The notes under the pieces were generated by a model. It had not been told where the DNA came from and did not search any database. It saw only the letters and a program-made list of their open reading frames with translations. 64,000 nucleotides of DNA from Deltaproteobacteria bacterium (lineage in GTDB: Bacteria; Desulfobacterota; Desulfobaccia; Desulfobaccales; 0-14-0-80-60-11): positions 3,474 to 67,473 of the forward strand of contig VGSQ01000001.1 in NCBI GenBank assembly GCA_016874975.1, in the 5' to 3' direction. This document shows positions 26,796-36,358 of the stretch, in pieces. Position 1 is the first letter of the stretch; every line of letters starts with the position of its first letter. Made by a program: the position numbers and the translations under genes.

Positions 26796-27620
26796 ATGGA
26801 TCCGTCTGAACAGGAACGGCTCTGGGGCCTGACCATCCAGGAAAAGGTGGAGGCGGCCAAAGGCGTCCTTCATGAAGCCCTGGAACGCTTCGGCGTGGAC
26901 GGCATGGCCGTGGCCATCACCGGCGGCAAGGACAGCACCACCGGCCTCTGGCTGATGCGGCAGGTCTGCCGGGAGCGCGGCTGCCGCCTGCCCGTCTGCA
27001 TGTTCATCGACGAAGGGGACGTCTTTCCGGAGATTGAGGAATTCGTGGGCCACCTCCGCGCCCTCTGGTCCCTGGATATCGCCTTTCTGCGCAACGACGA
27101 CGTCATGGCCCAGGTCAGGGGTCTGGAGGAGCCGGTGCCGGTGGCTGCGCTGAACGCCGCCAACCGCCAGGCCCTGGAGGAGATGGGTTTTCTGGAGCCC
27201 GAATTTCCCTTCCTGCCCGACTCCACCGTCTGCAATCACCTGATGAAGACCCTGCCCATGCGGGAGTTCATCGTCAACCGGGGCTTGCAGGCCCTGGCCA
27301 CCGCCATCCGCTGGGACGAAATCGAGGCCCGGGAGGCCGAGGCCTTTTTCAGCGAACGGACCAATCCGCCCCATGTGCGGGTGCATCCCCTGCTGCACTT
27401 CCGGGAGCGGGACATCTGGATCGTTATCTTCATGTACGACATTCCTTTCAACCGGCTCTATAAACTGGGCTACCGCTCCCTGGGGGCCCGCTGCGCCACC
27501 CGCCGGGCCTCCGACATCCCCGCCTGGATGCAGGACCTGGACAACACCCCGGAGCGGGTGGGCCGGGGCCGGGAGAAGGAGGCGGTGATGGACCAGCTCC
27601 GCTCCCTGGGGTACATGTGA
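26796..27620 (+). CDS. PAPS reductase / CysD-like PP-loop ATP pyrophosphatase family protein
   Basis: ATG 26796 after aaaggag. 'AVAITGGKDSTT' PP-loop and 'LGYRSLGARCATR' near the C-terminus. Confidence 0.75.
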   Translation: MDPSEQERLWGLTIQEKVEAAKGVLHEALERFGVDGMAVAITGGKDSTTGLWLMRQVCRERGCRLPVCMFIDEGDVFPEIEEFVGHLRALWSLDIAFLRNDDVMAQVRGLEEPVPVAALNAANRQALEEMGFLEPEFPFLPDSTVCNHLMKTLPMREFIVNRGLQALATAIRWDEIEAREAEAFFSERTNPPHVRVHPLLHFRERDIWIVIFMYDIPFNRLYKLGYRSLGARCATRRASDIPAWMQDLDNTPERVGRGREKEAVMDQLRSLGYM

Positions 27621-27635
27621 GGCGGAGCGAGGAGG

Positions 27636-28946
27636 ATGAACATGCAGACTGAGGCGACCCGGGCCGCCGTCGCCCCCGGGCGCAGGGTGGTGATCATGGG
27701 GCTGGACGGCGTGCCCTACAGTCTCCTGCACGAATATATGGAGCAGGGGGAGATGCCCCGGCTCCGGGAGATGACCGCCGCCGGCCGGCTCCGGCCCATG
27801 GACAGCACCCTCCCCGAAGTGTCGTCGGTGGCCTGGACCTCGTTCATGACCGGCAAAAACCCGGCGGCCCACGGCATCTTCGGGTTCATGGAGCTGGACC
27901 CCCGCACCTACGACTTCCGCTTCCCCAATTTCCAGTCGCTCAAGGCCCCCCCCCTGTGGGAGGAGCTGGGAGTGGCCGCGGTGGTCTGCAACATCCCCCA
28001 GACCTACCCCGCCCGGCCGCTGAACGGCGTCATGGTGAGCGGCTTCGTGGCCCTGGACCTGCACAAGGCGGTCTATCCCGAACGGGTCTTCCGGTATCTG
28101 CAGGACATCGACTACCAGTTGGACGTGAAGAGCCAATTGGCCGCCACCGACCCGCCGGCCTTCTTCGACAACCTCTTTCAGGTCTTCGACAAGCGGGCCG
28201 AGGCCCTGCTGCATCTGTACGACCACGAACCCTGGCAGCTCTTTATCGGCGCGATCACCGAGACCGACCGTCTGCACCATTTTTTCTTCGCCGACGTCCG
28301 GGGAGGTCCCCACCACGATATCTTTCTGGAATTTTACCGCAAACTGGACGGCCTGCTCTGGGAGGTGTACACCCGGGCCCAGCGGGACGGGGCCCTGTTC
28401 CTCACCTGTTCGGACCACGGCTTTGCGCCCATCAAAACCGAGGTCTACGTCAACGAGTATCTCAAGGAGCAGGGTCTGCTGGCCCTGGACGGCCAGGAAG
28501 GTCTCAAGAGCCTGGCCCCCGCCACTCGCGCCTTCTGTCTGGAGCCGGCCCGGGTCTATCTGCACCGGCGGGGGAAATTCGCCCGGGGTGCGGTGGAGCC
28601 CGAGGCCCAGGAAGAGGTGCTGCAGCAGGCGGAGGGCCTGTTTCGGGACCTCACCTGGAACGGCCAGCCCGTGGCGGCCCGGATTTTCCGCAAGGCGGAG
28701 ATCTTCGCCGGCCCGTATCTGGACGCCGCCCCGGACCTCTACGTGCTGGCGCAGCCGGGCTTCGACCTGAAGGCCCCCCTGAACCGGGGCGCCGTCTTCG
28801 GACGGTCCCACTTCACCGGGGCCCACACCTACGCCGATGCCCATGTCTTTATCTCCCGGGACCACCTCCTGGACCCCCAGGCTCCCTTTTCCATTGAACA
28901 GGTGCCCCATCTGGTGCGGGCCTACCTCCTGGGGGAGGCGGACTGA
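27636..28946 (+). CDS. alkaline phosphatase superfamily protein (nucleotide pyrophosphatase/phosphodiesterase-like)
   Basis: 436 aa; 'VVIMGLDGVPYSLL' and 'TLPEVSSVAWTSFMTGKNPAAHGIFGF' (metal/nucleophile region of the AP superfamily). Confidence 0.75.
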   Translation: MNMQTEATRAAVAPGRRVVIMGLDGVPYSLLHEYMEQGEMPRLREMTAAGRLRPMDSTLPEVSSVAWTSFMTGKNPAAHGIFGFMELDPRTYDFRFPNFQSLKAPPLWEELGVAAVVCNIPQTYPARPLNGVMVSGFVALDLHKAVYPERVFRYLQDIDYQLDVKSQLAATDPPAFFDNLFQVFDKRAEALLHLYDHEPWQLFIGAITETDRLHHFFFADVRGGPHHDIFLEFYRKLDGLLWEVYTRAQRDGALFLTCSDHGFAPIKTEVYVNEYLKEQGLLALDGQEGLKSLAPATRAFCLEPARVYLHRRGKFARGAVEPEAQEEVLQQAEGLFRDLTWNGQPVAARIFRKAEIFAGPYLDAAPDLYVLAQPGFDLKAPLNRGAVFGRSHFTGAHTYADAHVFISRDHLLDPQAPFSIEQVPHLVRAYLLGEAD

Positions 28947-29009
28947 GGCGAAGGGGCCCCAGCAAACTTTTTTAACAAATTAACCAACAGGCGTCTCACG
29001 AGGTAGGCT

Positions 29010-30137
29010 ATGGACGACGGCGGCCGGGACCGGAGTACGGGACTATCCCCCTGGCAATGGGTCGGGCTGGCGGTGCTGGGACTCATCCTGCTGGGGGTGT
29101 CGGCCTATACGGTTTTCCACCTGCTGCACTCCGCTCCCCGGGAGGCCCGCCGGGCCGGCCTGCCCCTGCCCGTGAAGCTGGAGCGGGTTCAGGTCCGGGA
29201 ACTGGTGGAGATGGTGGGCGCCACCACCGTCACCGCCCCCTTTCAGGAAGTGAATCTCAGACCCGAAGTGCCGGGGGTGGTCAAGGAGGTGCTGGTCAAG
29301 CTGGGGGACCAGGTCGCCCCCGACACCCTGGTGATTCGCCTGGATGACCGGAAGTATCTGGCCGAGCTGCGCCAGGCCCAGGCCGCGGTGCGGGCCGCGG
29401 TGGAGCAGGTGGGCGTGGCCCGGAAAAATTACGACCGCTACCGCACCCTGCACCAAAAGCAGCTCATTCCCCTGGCCGAACTGGAGAGATACCGGCTGGC
29501 CCTGGCCCAGGCGCAATCCGTCCAGGCCTCGGCGCAGCGGGACGCGGTGGTGGCCCGGAAAAATCTGGAGGCCACCCGCATCCCCGCCCGGGTCCACGGA
29601 GTGGTGTCCCAGACGCCCATCCATCCGGGGGAATTTGTGGACCCCAACACGCGGCTGATGAGCCTGGGGCAGATCACCCCCATCTTCGCCCTGGCCAAAG
29701 TGCCGGAAGAGAAGATCAAGGTCGTGTCTCTGCACCAGGAGGCCCAGGTGACCTTTGACGCCTTTCCGGGGCAGCGCTTTGCCGGGCGGGTATTCAAGAT
29801 CGATCCCAGGACCGATCCGGAGACCCGGGTGTTCGGCGCCTATGTGGAGTTGGCCAACGCCGACCAGGCCTTGAAGCTGGGACTCACCGGCTACACCCGC
29901 CTGGAGCACCGGGTGCAGGCCCTGGCGGTGCCCTCCATCGCCGTCATCGAACTGTTCACCAAACCCATGGTGTTCGTGGTGCAGGACCGGACCGCCGTCT
30001 CCCGGCCCCTGGTGGTGGGCGGCGCCGCCGGGGGCTACACCTGGATCAAGGAAGGGCTCATGGAGGGCGAAGAGGTGGTGGTGGGCGGCCACCGCTTTCT
30101 CAGGGAAGGGGACCGGGTGAAAGTGGGGAGGGAATGA
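29010..30137 (+). CDS. efflux-type periplasmic adaptor (MFP/HlyD family)
   Basis: 375 aa; N-terminal TM, lipoyl-like 'GVVKEVLVKLGDQV', coiled coil 'YLAELRQAQAAVRAAVEQ', beta-barrel region. Confidence 0.85.
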   Translation: MDDGGRDRSTGLSPWQWVGLAVLGLILLGVSAYTVFHLLHSAPREARRAGLPLPVKLERVQVRELVEMVGATTVTAPFQEVNLRPEVPGVVKEVLVKLGDQVAPDTLVIRLDDRKYLAELRQAQAAVRAAVEQVGVARKNYDRYRTLHQKQLIPLAELERYRLALAQAQSVQASAQRDAVVARKNLEATRIPARVHGVVSQTPIHPGEFVDPNTRLMSLGQITPIFALAKVPEEKIKVVSLHQEAQVTFDAFPGQRFAGRVFKIDPRTDPETRVFGAYVELANADQALKLGLTGYTRLEHRVQALAVPSIAVIELFTKPMVFVVQDRTAVSRPLVVGGAAGGYTWIKEGLMEGEEVVVGGHRFLREGDRVKVGRE

Positions 30138-31537
30138 CCGTGAGAGCCGCCGTAGTCCTGGCGCTGCTGGCCGGGGTCCTGTCGCTGGGGGGGGGTGCGC
30201 CCGACCCTGCGTCCGCCCAGCCGTCCAGGCCCCCTCAGGCCCTTCGGGAACTGACCCGGCAGGAGTGCATCACCCTGGGGCTCAAGCACAGCAGCGGCGT
30301 CAAGACGGCCCTGAGCCGGGAGGCCGTGGCCCAGGAGTCCCTCAGGCACGAAAAGAGCAAATATTTCCCCCGTCTGAGCTTCCGGTACTACACCGGCTGG
30401 ACCGACTCCAGCCTTTTTTCCACCGAAGGGACGCCGGTTATCCTCCAGCCCCGCCGCCGGGGCTTTGAAGAGCAGGTCGCTCCCACCTATTTCAATTATT
30501 TTGAGACCCGTCTGGAATTATCCCTGCTGCGGGACGGCTTTTTGGGGTGGGGTTCCCACAAGATCGCCCGGGCCGGCTATTCCCTGGAACAGGCGCAATT
30601 CCAGGTGGGGGCCGCCAAACGGGACCTGGCCTTCCAGATCGAAGCCTTCTTTCTGGCCGCGCAAAAAGCCCAACTGGAAAAGGAGCTGTACCAGGAATAC
30701 GTCGCCCAGAACCGGGGCCTCCTGAATCTGGTCCAGGAGAAGTTCGCCCACCATCTGGCCGCCAAGAAGGACGTGCTCCTGGCCGACGCCACCCTGGGGC
30801 AATCCCAGGCCGACCTGGCGGCCGCGGAGCATGAGTATCAGCGGGCCCTCAAACAGCTCTGCCTGGTCATCGGCCTGCCCCTGGACAGCCGGGTGCGGCT
30901 GTCCAGGGCGCCCCAGCCGTTGCCGTCGCTCCCCCCCTTCAGCGAGGTGACGGAAAGAATCCCCACCCAAAATCTGGATCTCAAGGCCAGGCAGCAGGAC
31001 ATCAACATCGCCCGGGAAAGTCTGGCCTTGAGCAAAAAAAATCTCTGGCCCACGGTGGACCTCCTCTTCCGCTATTACGGCTCCGACGTCCAACATCAGT
31101 CCTTCAAAGACTTTTACGCCGGCTATCTGTTCCTGCGCCTTCCTCTCTTCGAGTATCCTCTCTATGCCGACATCCGGGTCAAAAGGGAAAACGTCTCCCT
31201 GGCCGCCAACAGCTACCAGAGCGCCGTGGATACAGCGCTCAGGGCGGCCGTGGACCAATATAAAGAGCTCCAGGACATCGGCCCCCAACTGGCGGCCCTG
31301 CAAAAGCGCATCGCCTACCTGGAAGAGAACTGCCGGGACGCCCGGGAGCGGTACCGGCTCGACCTGATCTCCTTCCTGGAACTGCACCAGGCCCTGCTCA
31401 TGCTGCACCAGGCCAAGAAGGACCAGGGGGTCCTTTATTTCAAGTACCAGGGGGGCTACCGCAAACTGCTGGACCTCATGGGCGCCGAACCTCCTCCGGA
31501 CCAGCCGGAGCGCCCGGGACCGACGGCGGGGAGATAA
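30134..31537 (+). CDS. TolC family outer-membrane channel protein
   Basis: 467 aa; signal peptide and two internally repeated coiled-coil halves. ATGA overlap with the adaptor gene. Confidence 0.82.
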   Translation: MTVRAAVVLALLAGVLSLGGGAPDPASAQPSRPPQALRELTRQECITLGLKHSSGVKTALSREAVAQESLRHEKSKYFPRLSFRYYTGWTDSSLFSTEGTPVILQPRRRGFEEQVAPTYFNYFETRLELSLLRDGFLGWGSHKIARAGYSLEQAQFQVGAAKRDLAFQIEAFFLAAQKAQLEKELYQEYVAQNRGLLNLVQEKFAHHLAAKKDVLLADATLGQSQADLAAAEHEYQRALKQLCLVIGLPLDSRVRLSRAPQPLPSLPPFSEVTERIPTQNLDLKARQQDINIARESLALSKKNLWPTVDLLFRYYGSDVQHQSFKDFYAGYLFLRLPLFEYPLYADIRVKRENVSLAANSYQSAVDTALRAAVDQYKELQDIGPQLAALQKRIAYLEENCRDARERYRLDLISFLELHQALLMLHQAKKDQGVLYFKYQGGYRKLLDLMGAEPPPDQPERPGPTAGR

Positions 31538-31559
31538 TAGATCCTGTTCCGCAAGGTTC

Positions 31560-32030
31560 ATGTGGAATGTGCTTCCTGTCTATGAAAAGTCCTTGGTGGC
31601 GCCGGCATCTTGCCGGTGCAGCGCACAGGCTGGAAGCCCGTGCCACCAAAGACAAAGACGGCCGAGACGCCCGCCCCACCGGATTTTTCATATGTTACGG
31701 GTGGGCCAAAGGCCCATGAGGGACTGCTCTGAAAATGTCTCTCGTAGGGCGCGTCTTACGCGCCAAAGACGGTGCGTGAGGCGCACCCTACATTTTCATG
31801 GTTTTGAATGTTCCACCGGTACATGAATGGCTCGTTCCCAAGCTCCTGCTTGGGAACGCACTTGCCCCCGAAGCTCCTGCTTCGGACCAAGGGGGAGACC
31901 ATACCCTGGATGATGCAGGCAATCCCAACCTTGGCGAAGCTATCCGGGTTCGGTTTTCTGTAGGGTGCGCCCTGCGGCCCGCTTCCTTTGCCCGGCGGCG
32001 GGCGGAGACGCCCGCGCTGCCGACCTCTTC
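31560..32030. repeat. mosaic intergenic repeat modules
   Basis: cgttcccaagctcctgcttgggaacgcacttgcccccgaagctcctgcttcggacca (31841-31897) matches 22214-22269. GGTGCGTGAGGCGCACCCTAC and GTAGGGCGCGTCTTACGCGCC hairpins. 31676-31730 matches 9301-9352 inverted. Confidence 0.8.
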
Positions 32031-32128
32031 ATGATGTACGGGTGAACCTGGGGCTCATGGGCAACCCCTCCGGAAAGCTCAGGGCCCGGCCGAAGCACCC
32101 GGAACATGGACACAAGCCCCCGGCGCCC

Positions 32129-33589
32129 ATGACCCAGGAATTCCGCAAAGTTCCGCAAAACGTGCTCTTCACCGGTTTCGGCCAGGTGTTGGGCAACGTG
32201 GTGGCCCTGGTGGGCACCATCCTGGTGGCCCGCTACCTGGGGGTGGAGGGCTTCGGGCGGTTCAGCTTCTATTTCGGCATCGCCATCGTCTTCTGGTTCA
32301 TCGGCGAAGCCGGGCTGATGAACATCTTCGTGCGGGAGCTGAGCCGGCTCCTCCAGGACCCGCCACAGTACATTCCCTGCCTGCAGCATTTCTGGGGTCT
32401 GCTCTCCCTGATCTCCTTGGCGGCCCTGGTAGCGGCCGGGCTGGCCCTGTGGCTCCTCCCCCTGGAGGGGGACACCCGGACCGTGCTGGGGCTTCTGGCC
32501 CTCTCCATCGCCCTGGTTTTCCAGGCCCTCGTCATGGGCTCGGTCATCCGGGCTCACGAGGAGATGGCCTTTTACTCCCTGGGCTTCTTCCTGCAAAACC
32601 TGGCGGCCCTGGGGGGCATCGTCTGGGCCACCCGCGCCGACGCCGGCCTGGTGGGCATCTTCGCCGCTTATGCCGCCAGCTTCCTGCTGCTTTGGGGGTA
32701 TTTTCTGGTGGTGGTGGGGTGGCGCTACGGCCTGCATCGGCCCGCCTTTGATGGAAAGGCCTGGGTTTTTTTCCTCAAGGAGTCCATCCCCCTGGGTTTG
32801 GGGAACATCTTCCGGCGCACCGCCAACTATGTGGACATCTTCATTCTCCGGGGTTTGAGCACCCTCACGGAAATCGGCCTGTTCTCCCCTGCCTATCGTT
32901 TCGTGGTGGCCCTTTCCTCTCTGGCCATGGTGGTGTGTTCCCCCTTTCTGCCGGTTTTCGCGCGTCTTGCCCAACGGGATGAGGGGCAGATGGCCGTGGG
33001 CCTGGAGAAGGGCCTCCTCTTCCTGCTGGTGGCTTCCATTCCCCTCACCATTGCCTTCTGCGTCTATGGAGACCACATCATCACCGGCTTTTTCGGGGCG
33101 AATTTTTCTCAGGCCGGCTTCGGCCTCAAACTGCTGGGGTTAAGTCTCCTGGCCACCTTCCCCGCCACTCTGTTCCTGCACCTGTTCACCGCCGTGGGGG
33201 CCCAGCACTATTGGACTTACTGCACCGCCCTGTGCCTGGGGCTGCACCTGCTCCTGGGCCTGGTCTTCGCCCCCGCCTGGGGCCATCTGGCGGCGGTGGC
33301 GGCCACCCTGGCGGCGGAGGTCGGGCTCTTTGCCCTGGGCTGGCATCTGTTGGGCCGTCTGGGATTCAGGTTTTCTTTGCCCAGACTGGCCTTCAGGCCA
33401 CTGTTGGCCGGCGCCGTGAGCGGCGGCCTCCTTTTCTGCTGGCCCGGCCAGACCTTGATGGAGATCATCCCCCGTAGCCTGGGAAGCTTCACCCTCTATG
33501 TTCTGTTGTTGTGGACCCTGGGGGTCTTTACCTTCACCGGAATCCTGGACCTGTTCAAGGACCGACGGCCGGCGGAGGAAAAAGGCTGA
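32129..33589 (+). CDS. polysaccharide flippase (MOP/Wzx family)
   Basis: Start ATG 32129 (MTQEFRKVPQNVLFTGFGQVLGNVVALVGTILVARYLG...). More than 12 hydrophobic segments. Confidence 0.8.
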   Translation: MTQEFRKVPQNVLFTGFGQVLGNVVALVGTILVARYLGVEGFGRFSFYFGIAIVFWFIGEAGLMNIFVRELSRLLQDPPQYIPCLQHFWGLLSLISLAALVAAGLALWLLPLEGDTRTVLGLLALSIALVFQALVMGSVIRAHEEMAFYSLGFFLQNLAALGGIVWATRADAGLVGIFAAYAASFLLLWGYFLVVVGWRYGLHRPAFDGKAWVFFLKESIPLGLGNIFRRTANYVDIFILRGLSTLTEIGLFSPAYRFVVALSSLAMVVCSPFLPVFARLAQRDEGQMAVGLEKGLLFLLVASIPLTIAFCVYGDHIITGFFGANFSQAGFGLKLLGLSLLATFPATLFLHLFTAVGAQHYWTYCTALCLGLHLLLGLVFAPAWGHLAAVAATLAAEVGLFALGWHLLGRLGFRFSLPRLAFRPLLAGAVSGGLLFCWPGQTLMEIIPRSLGSFTLYVLLLWTLGVFTFTGILDLFKDRRPAEEKG

Positions 33590-33595
33590 GGGAAG

Positions 33596-34942
33596 GTGTC
33601 TGTGAACCACGATACCAGAGAGATTGTTGTCGGAGAGCCCGGGCGGGCAAGCCCCCTGTGGCCGGCCTGGGTTGCGGCCCTGCTGCTGGCCGGGGCGGCT
33701 GTGCTGCCCTGGCTGCGCCTGCCCCTGGAAGGTCCCCTGCACGGCCTGCGGCTGGGGCTGCAAGGGCCCTGGTTCGAGTCGGGTCCGCCCCCTCTCACCC
33801 TTTTCTCCTATGGCGGGCTGAGCCTTTTGCTGGCGGCGCTGGCGCTGCTGGCTCTGCTCCTGCCCGGGCGCCGCCGGGCCGCCCCGTGGGTGGGGCTGGG
33901 CATCGCCGCCTGGGGGCTGGCGCTCCTCTTCCTGGTGCGCCTGGCGGCCCGCCTGGACGACTGGACCGCCCTGGAGGACCAGCTCCAACAGCTCACGGAA
34001 GCGGTGGGCTTTGCCCGGCGATTCTGTGAGGCCCACTTTTCCGGGGCGGGCCTGCCCCCTTACGCTCCTCTCAGGCTGCAGCTCCAGCCCTTTCTGGAAC
34101 GGGCGGCGGGAAGCTTCATGTTCCTCTCCTGGGGGGCCATCCCCGTGGCGCTGGCCGGGGGATTTTCTCTTTTCCTGGGCTTTTCCCTGACGCCTCTCGC
34201 CTCCCGGTGGCGGTGGTGGGTGGTCGTGCTCCTGAGCCTCACCATTATGGCGGGGGCCGCCGGCCTGGGGGCGGTGCTGGGCGACCGGCAGCTGGCGTCG
34301 GCCGCAGCCCATCTCTCCCGGGGCCAGGCCGAAGCCGCCCGGAGACTCCTGGAAGAAACGGGCCGGGACCGTCCCCAGCTCTTCGCCTACGCCCCTTTCG
34401 TCTATCTTCTGGGGGAGGCGCATCACCGCCTGAACCTGGAGAGCCCCGCCCGCCGCTTCTATCTGGGGGCCAGGCTCTACCCCGAGCGGGGCGGGGCCTC
34501 CCCTCCCCTGGACCTGAACCGTCTGCGGGACGAATGGACCCGGGCGGCCCTGGGGGCGGACCCCCGTCAGGCCGGCATGGTGCGGCGCCTCCTGGCCTGG
34601 GCCCATATCCAGGAAGGATTCCGGGGCCTGAAACACAGCCCCGCCGCCGCGCTGCCATACCTGGAACAGGCCCTCTCCCTGTCCCCGCAGCAGCAGCAGG
34701 TCCGGCTCTACCTGGCCAAAGCCCGCCTGGACCTGCGGGAGCCCACCCGGGCCCTGGCTGATCTGGAGGAATTCGGGAAGAATTGCCGGTTCCGCTTCCT
34801 GAACGGTCTGGCCCTGGCCCTGCGCGGCGACGCCCACTTCCAGATGGGGCGCGTTCCAGAAGCCCGGGACTCTTACGAACTCTCCCTCAGGACTTACCAC
34901 CACGCCAATTACCGGGCCCTGAAAGGGCTGGTGGGACATTGA
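33596..34942 (+). CDS. membrane protein with C-terminal TPR-like repeats
   Basis: 448 aa; several TM segments in the first 230 aa, then helical repeats ('YLEQALSLSPQQQQVRLYLAKARLDL'). GTG start 7 nt after the flippase stop. Confidence 0.6.
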   Translation: MSVNHDTREIVVGEPGRASPLWPAWVAALLLAGAAVLPWLRLPLEGPLHGLRLGLQGPWFESGPPPLTLFSYGGLSLLLAALALLALLLPGRRRAAPWVGLGIAAWGLALLFLVRLAARLDDWTALEDQLQQLTEAVGFARRFCEAHFSGAGLPPYAPLRLQLQPFLERAAGSFMFLSWGAIPVALAGGFSLFLGFSLTPLASRWRWWVVVLLSLTIMAGAAGLGAVLGDRQLASAAAHLSRGQAEAARRLLEETGRDRPQLFAYAPFVYLLGEAHHRLNLESPARRFYLGARLYPERGGASPPLDLNRLRDEWTRAALGADPRQAGMVRRLLAWAHIQEGFRGLKHSPAAALPYLEQALSLSPQQQQVRLYLAKARLDLREPTRALADLEEFGKNCRFRFLNGLALALRGDAHFQMGRVPEARDSYELSLRTYHHANYRALKGLVGH

Positions 34943-34945
34943 GCC

Positions 34946-36358
34946 ATGGCCGGCCTGACTCCCAACCGCACCGCCGTCGCCGCCTGCCTGGTCCTCCTGA
35001 CGGGCCTGGCCTGGGGCGCCGTGCTTTGGCGGACGTATGTCATGCCCCTGGCGCCCGCCCAGAGGCTGGATTTCAGGGAGAGCGAGGTGCTCACGGCCCG
35101 GGAATTTTCCCCCAGAATCTTTTTCCGCAAGACCCTGCATCTTCCCGTCCGGGTGCGCTCCGCCTGGGCCGCGGTGGCCGCCGGGGAGAATTTCGTCTTT
35201 CTGGTGAACGGCCAAGAGGTGGGGAAGATGGGTTATCCGGTGGCGGCGGTCCAGGAGGTATATGACCTGACGCCCTTCCTCAAACCGGGCAAAAACGTTC
35301 TGGCCCTGGAGGTGGCCCGGGCCACCTATCCCGAGCCGGCCTGGGTGCGGTTCACTGGCGGCTACGTCACCTGGGAGGGAGCGGCCCACACCCTCAAGAG
35401 CGACCGGACCTGGAGGGCCGCGCCCCGGCTGGAAAACCTCCTGCGCAGCGGCCCCCCGCTGGCCTGGCACGCCCCGGCCTACGACGACCGGCGCTGGCCC
35501 CAGGCGGCGCCCTATGCCGGCAAGGACCCGACCCGCCTGCCGACGGCGCCTTCCATCTGGCCCGCCCTGCTCACCCTGCCCCCGCAGGGGCCCTGGCTCT
35601 GGGACGCCGACCCGGCGGCAACGGTGGTGAGGCTGGGCCGCACCATCGACTCCCCCTTCCCCGGACCGCGGCGGGTCTGGCTCCGGCTCAGCGCTCTGTG
35701 CCCTTACCGGCTGACGGTAAACGGCGAGACCGTGGCCTTGCGGGCCCAGACTTCCCGGTCCCTGGACCTCTATGACCTGAAGCCGGTGTGGCGCCGGGGG
35801 GAAAACCGGGTGGTGGTGGAAGTCGTCCGGCCGCCGGTCTGGCGGGGGGGGCTGGTCGAGCTCTTTCTGGAGGACGGCCGCGGCGTAACCTTCCTTGACG
35901 GCCGGGAAGGCTGGGCTCTGCTCCACGCCGAAGGAGAGGGGGAGGCTCTCCTCCGGCCGGCGGTGCTGGCCCCCTACCCTTCCTACCCCGGCGCTCCTCT
36001 GCCCCAACAAGTCCGGGCCCTGGTCCTGCCCTGGTGGCACGCCTGGTGGGCCGCTCTGAGCCTCATCCTGGCCGCCGGCGGCGCCGCGTTCCTGGCCCTG
36101 GGGCACTGGCGCCTCTGGGAGGCCGTCTGGCGGCGGTCCCGGTCGGACCCGGACTTGAGGTCTCGCCTGGCCTTCTGGCACCTCCCGGCCCTGCTCTTTC
36201 TGGCCGGCGTCTATCTGCTTTCCTTTGATCTGCGCTTTCACCCCGACCTGGCCTACCAGGGCTGGGTCGGCCTCACGGCCCTCAGCCTGCTGATGGCGGG
36301 TCAATTTCTGGGAGGCCTGTTTCATCGTCCGGGAGGAAGAGCCGATGCCGAGGTCTAA
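34946..36358 (+). CDS. membrane protein with two galactose-binding-domain-like (GH2N/rhamnosidase-N-like) modules
   Basis: 470 aa; N- and C-terminal TMs. Internal repeat 'AGENFVFLVNGQEVG...VYDLTPFLKPGKNVLALEV' / 'CPYRLTVNGETVAL...LYDLKPVWRRGENRVVVEV'. Confidence 0.5.
   Translation: MAGLTPNRTAVAACLVLLTGLAWGAVLWRTYVMPLAPAQRLDFRESEVLTAREFSPRIFFRKTLHLPVRVRSAWAAVAAGENFVFLVNGQEVGKMGYPVAAVQEVYDLTPFLKPGKNVLALEVARATYPEPAWVRFTGGYVTWEGAAHTLKSDRTWRAAPRLENLLRSGPPLAWHAPAYDDRRWPQAAPYAGKDPTRLPTAPSIWPALLTLPPQGPWLWDADPAATVVRLGRTIDSPFPGPRRVWLRLSALCPYRLTVNGETVALRAQTSRSLDLYDLKPVWRRGENRVVVEVVRPPVWRGGLVELFLEDGRGVTFLDGREGWALLHAEGEGEALLRPAVLAPYPSYPGAPLPQQVRALVLPWWHAWWAALSLILAAGGAAFLALGHWRLWEAVWRRSRSDPDLRSRLAFWHLPALLFLAGVYLLSFDLRFHPDLAYQGWVGLTALSLLMAGQFLGGLFHRPGGRADAEV

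Noticed and set aside
25560-28910. 1116-aa ORF on the minus strand spanning four plus-strand genes
   Set aside because: It lies antisense to well-supported genes (cysC, the PP-loop protein, the AP-family protein). Its composition is Gly/Pro/Arg/His/Ala-rich junk with no motifs. This is the typical stop-free shadow frame of high-GC3 coding DNA.
33765-33785. GGTTCGAGTC, resembling a tRNA T-arm
   Set aside because: It is inside the 33596-34942 coding frame and has no acceptor or anticodon stem context.
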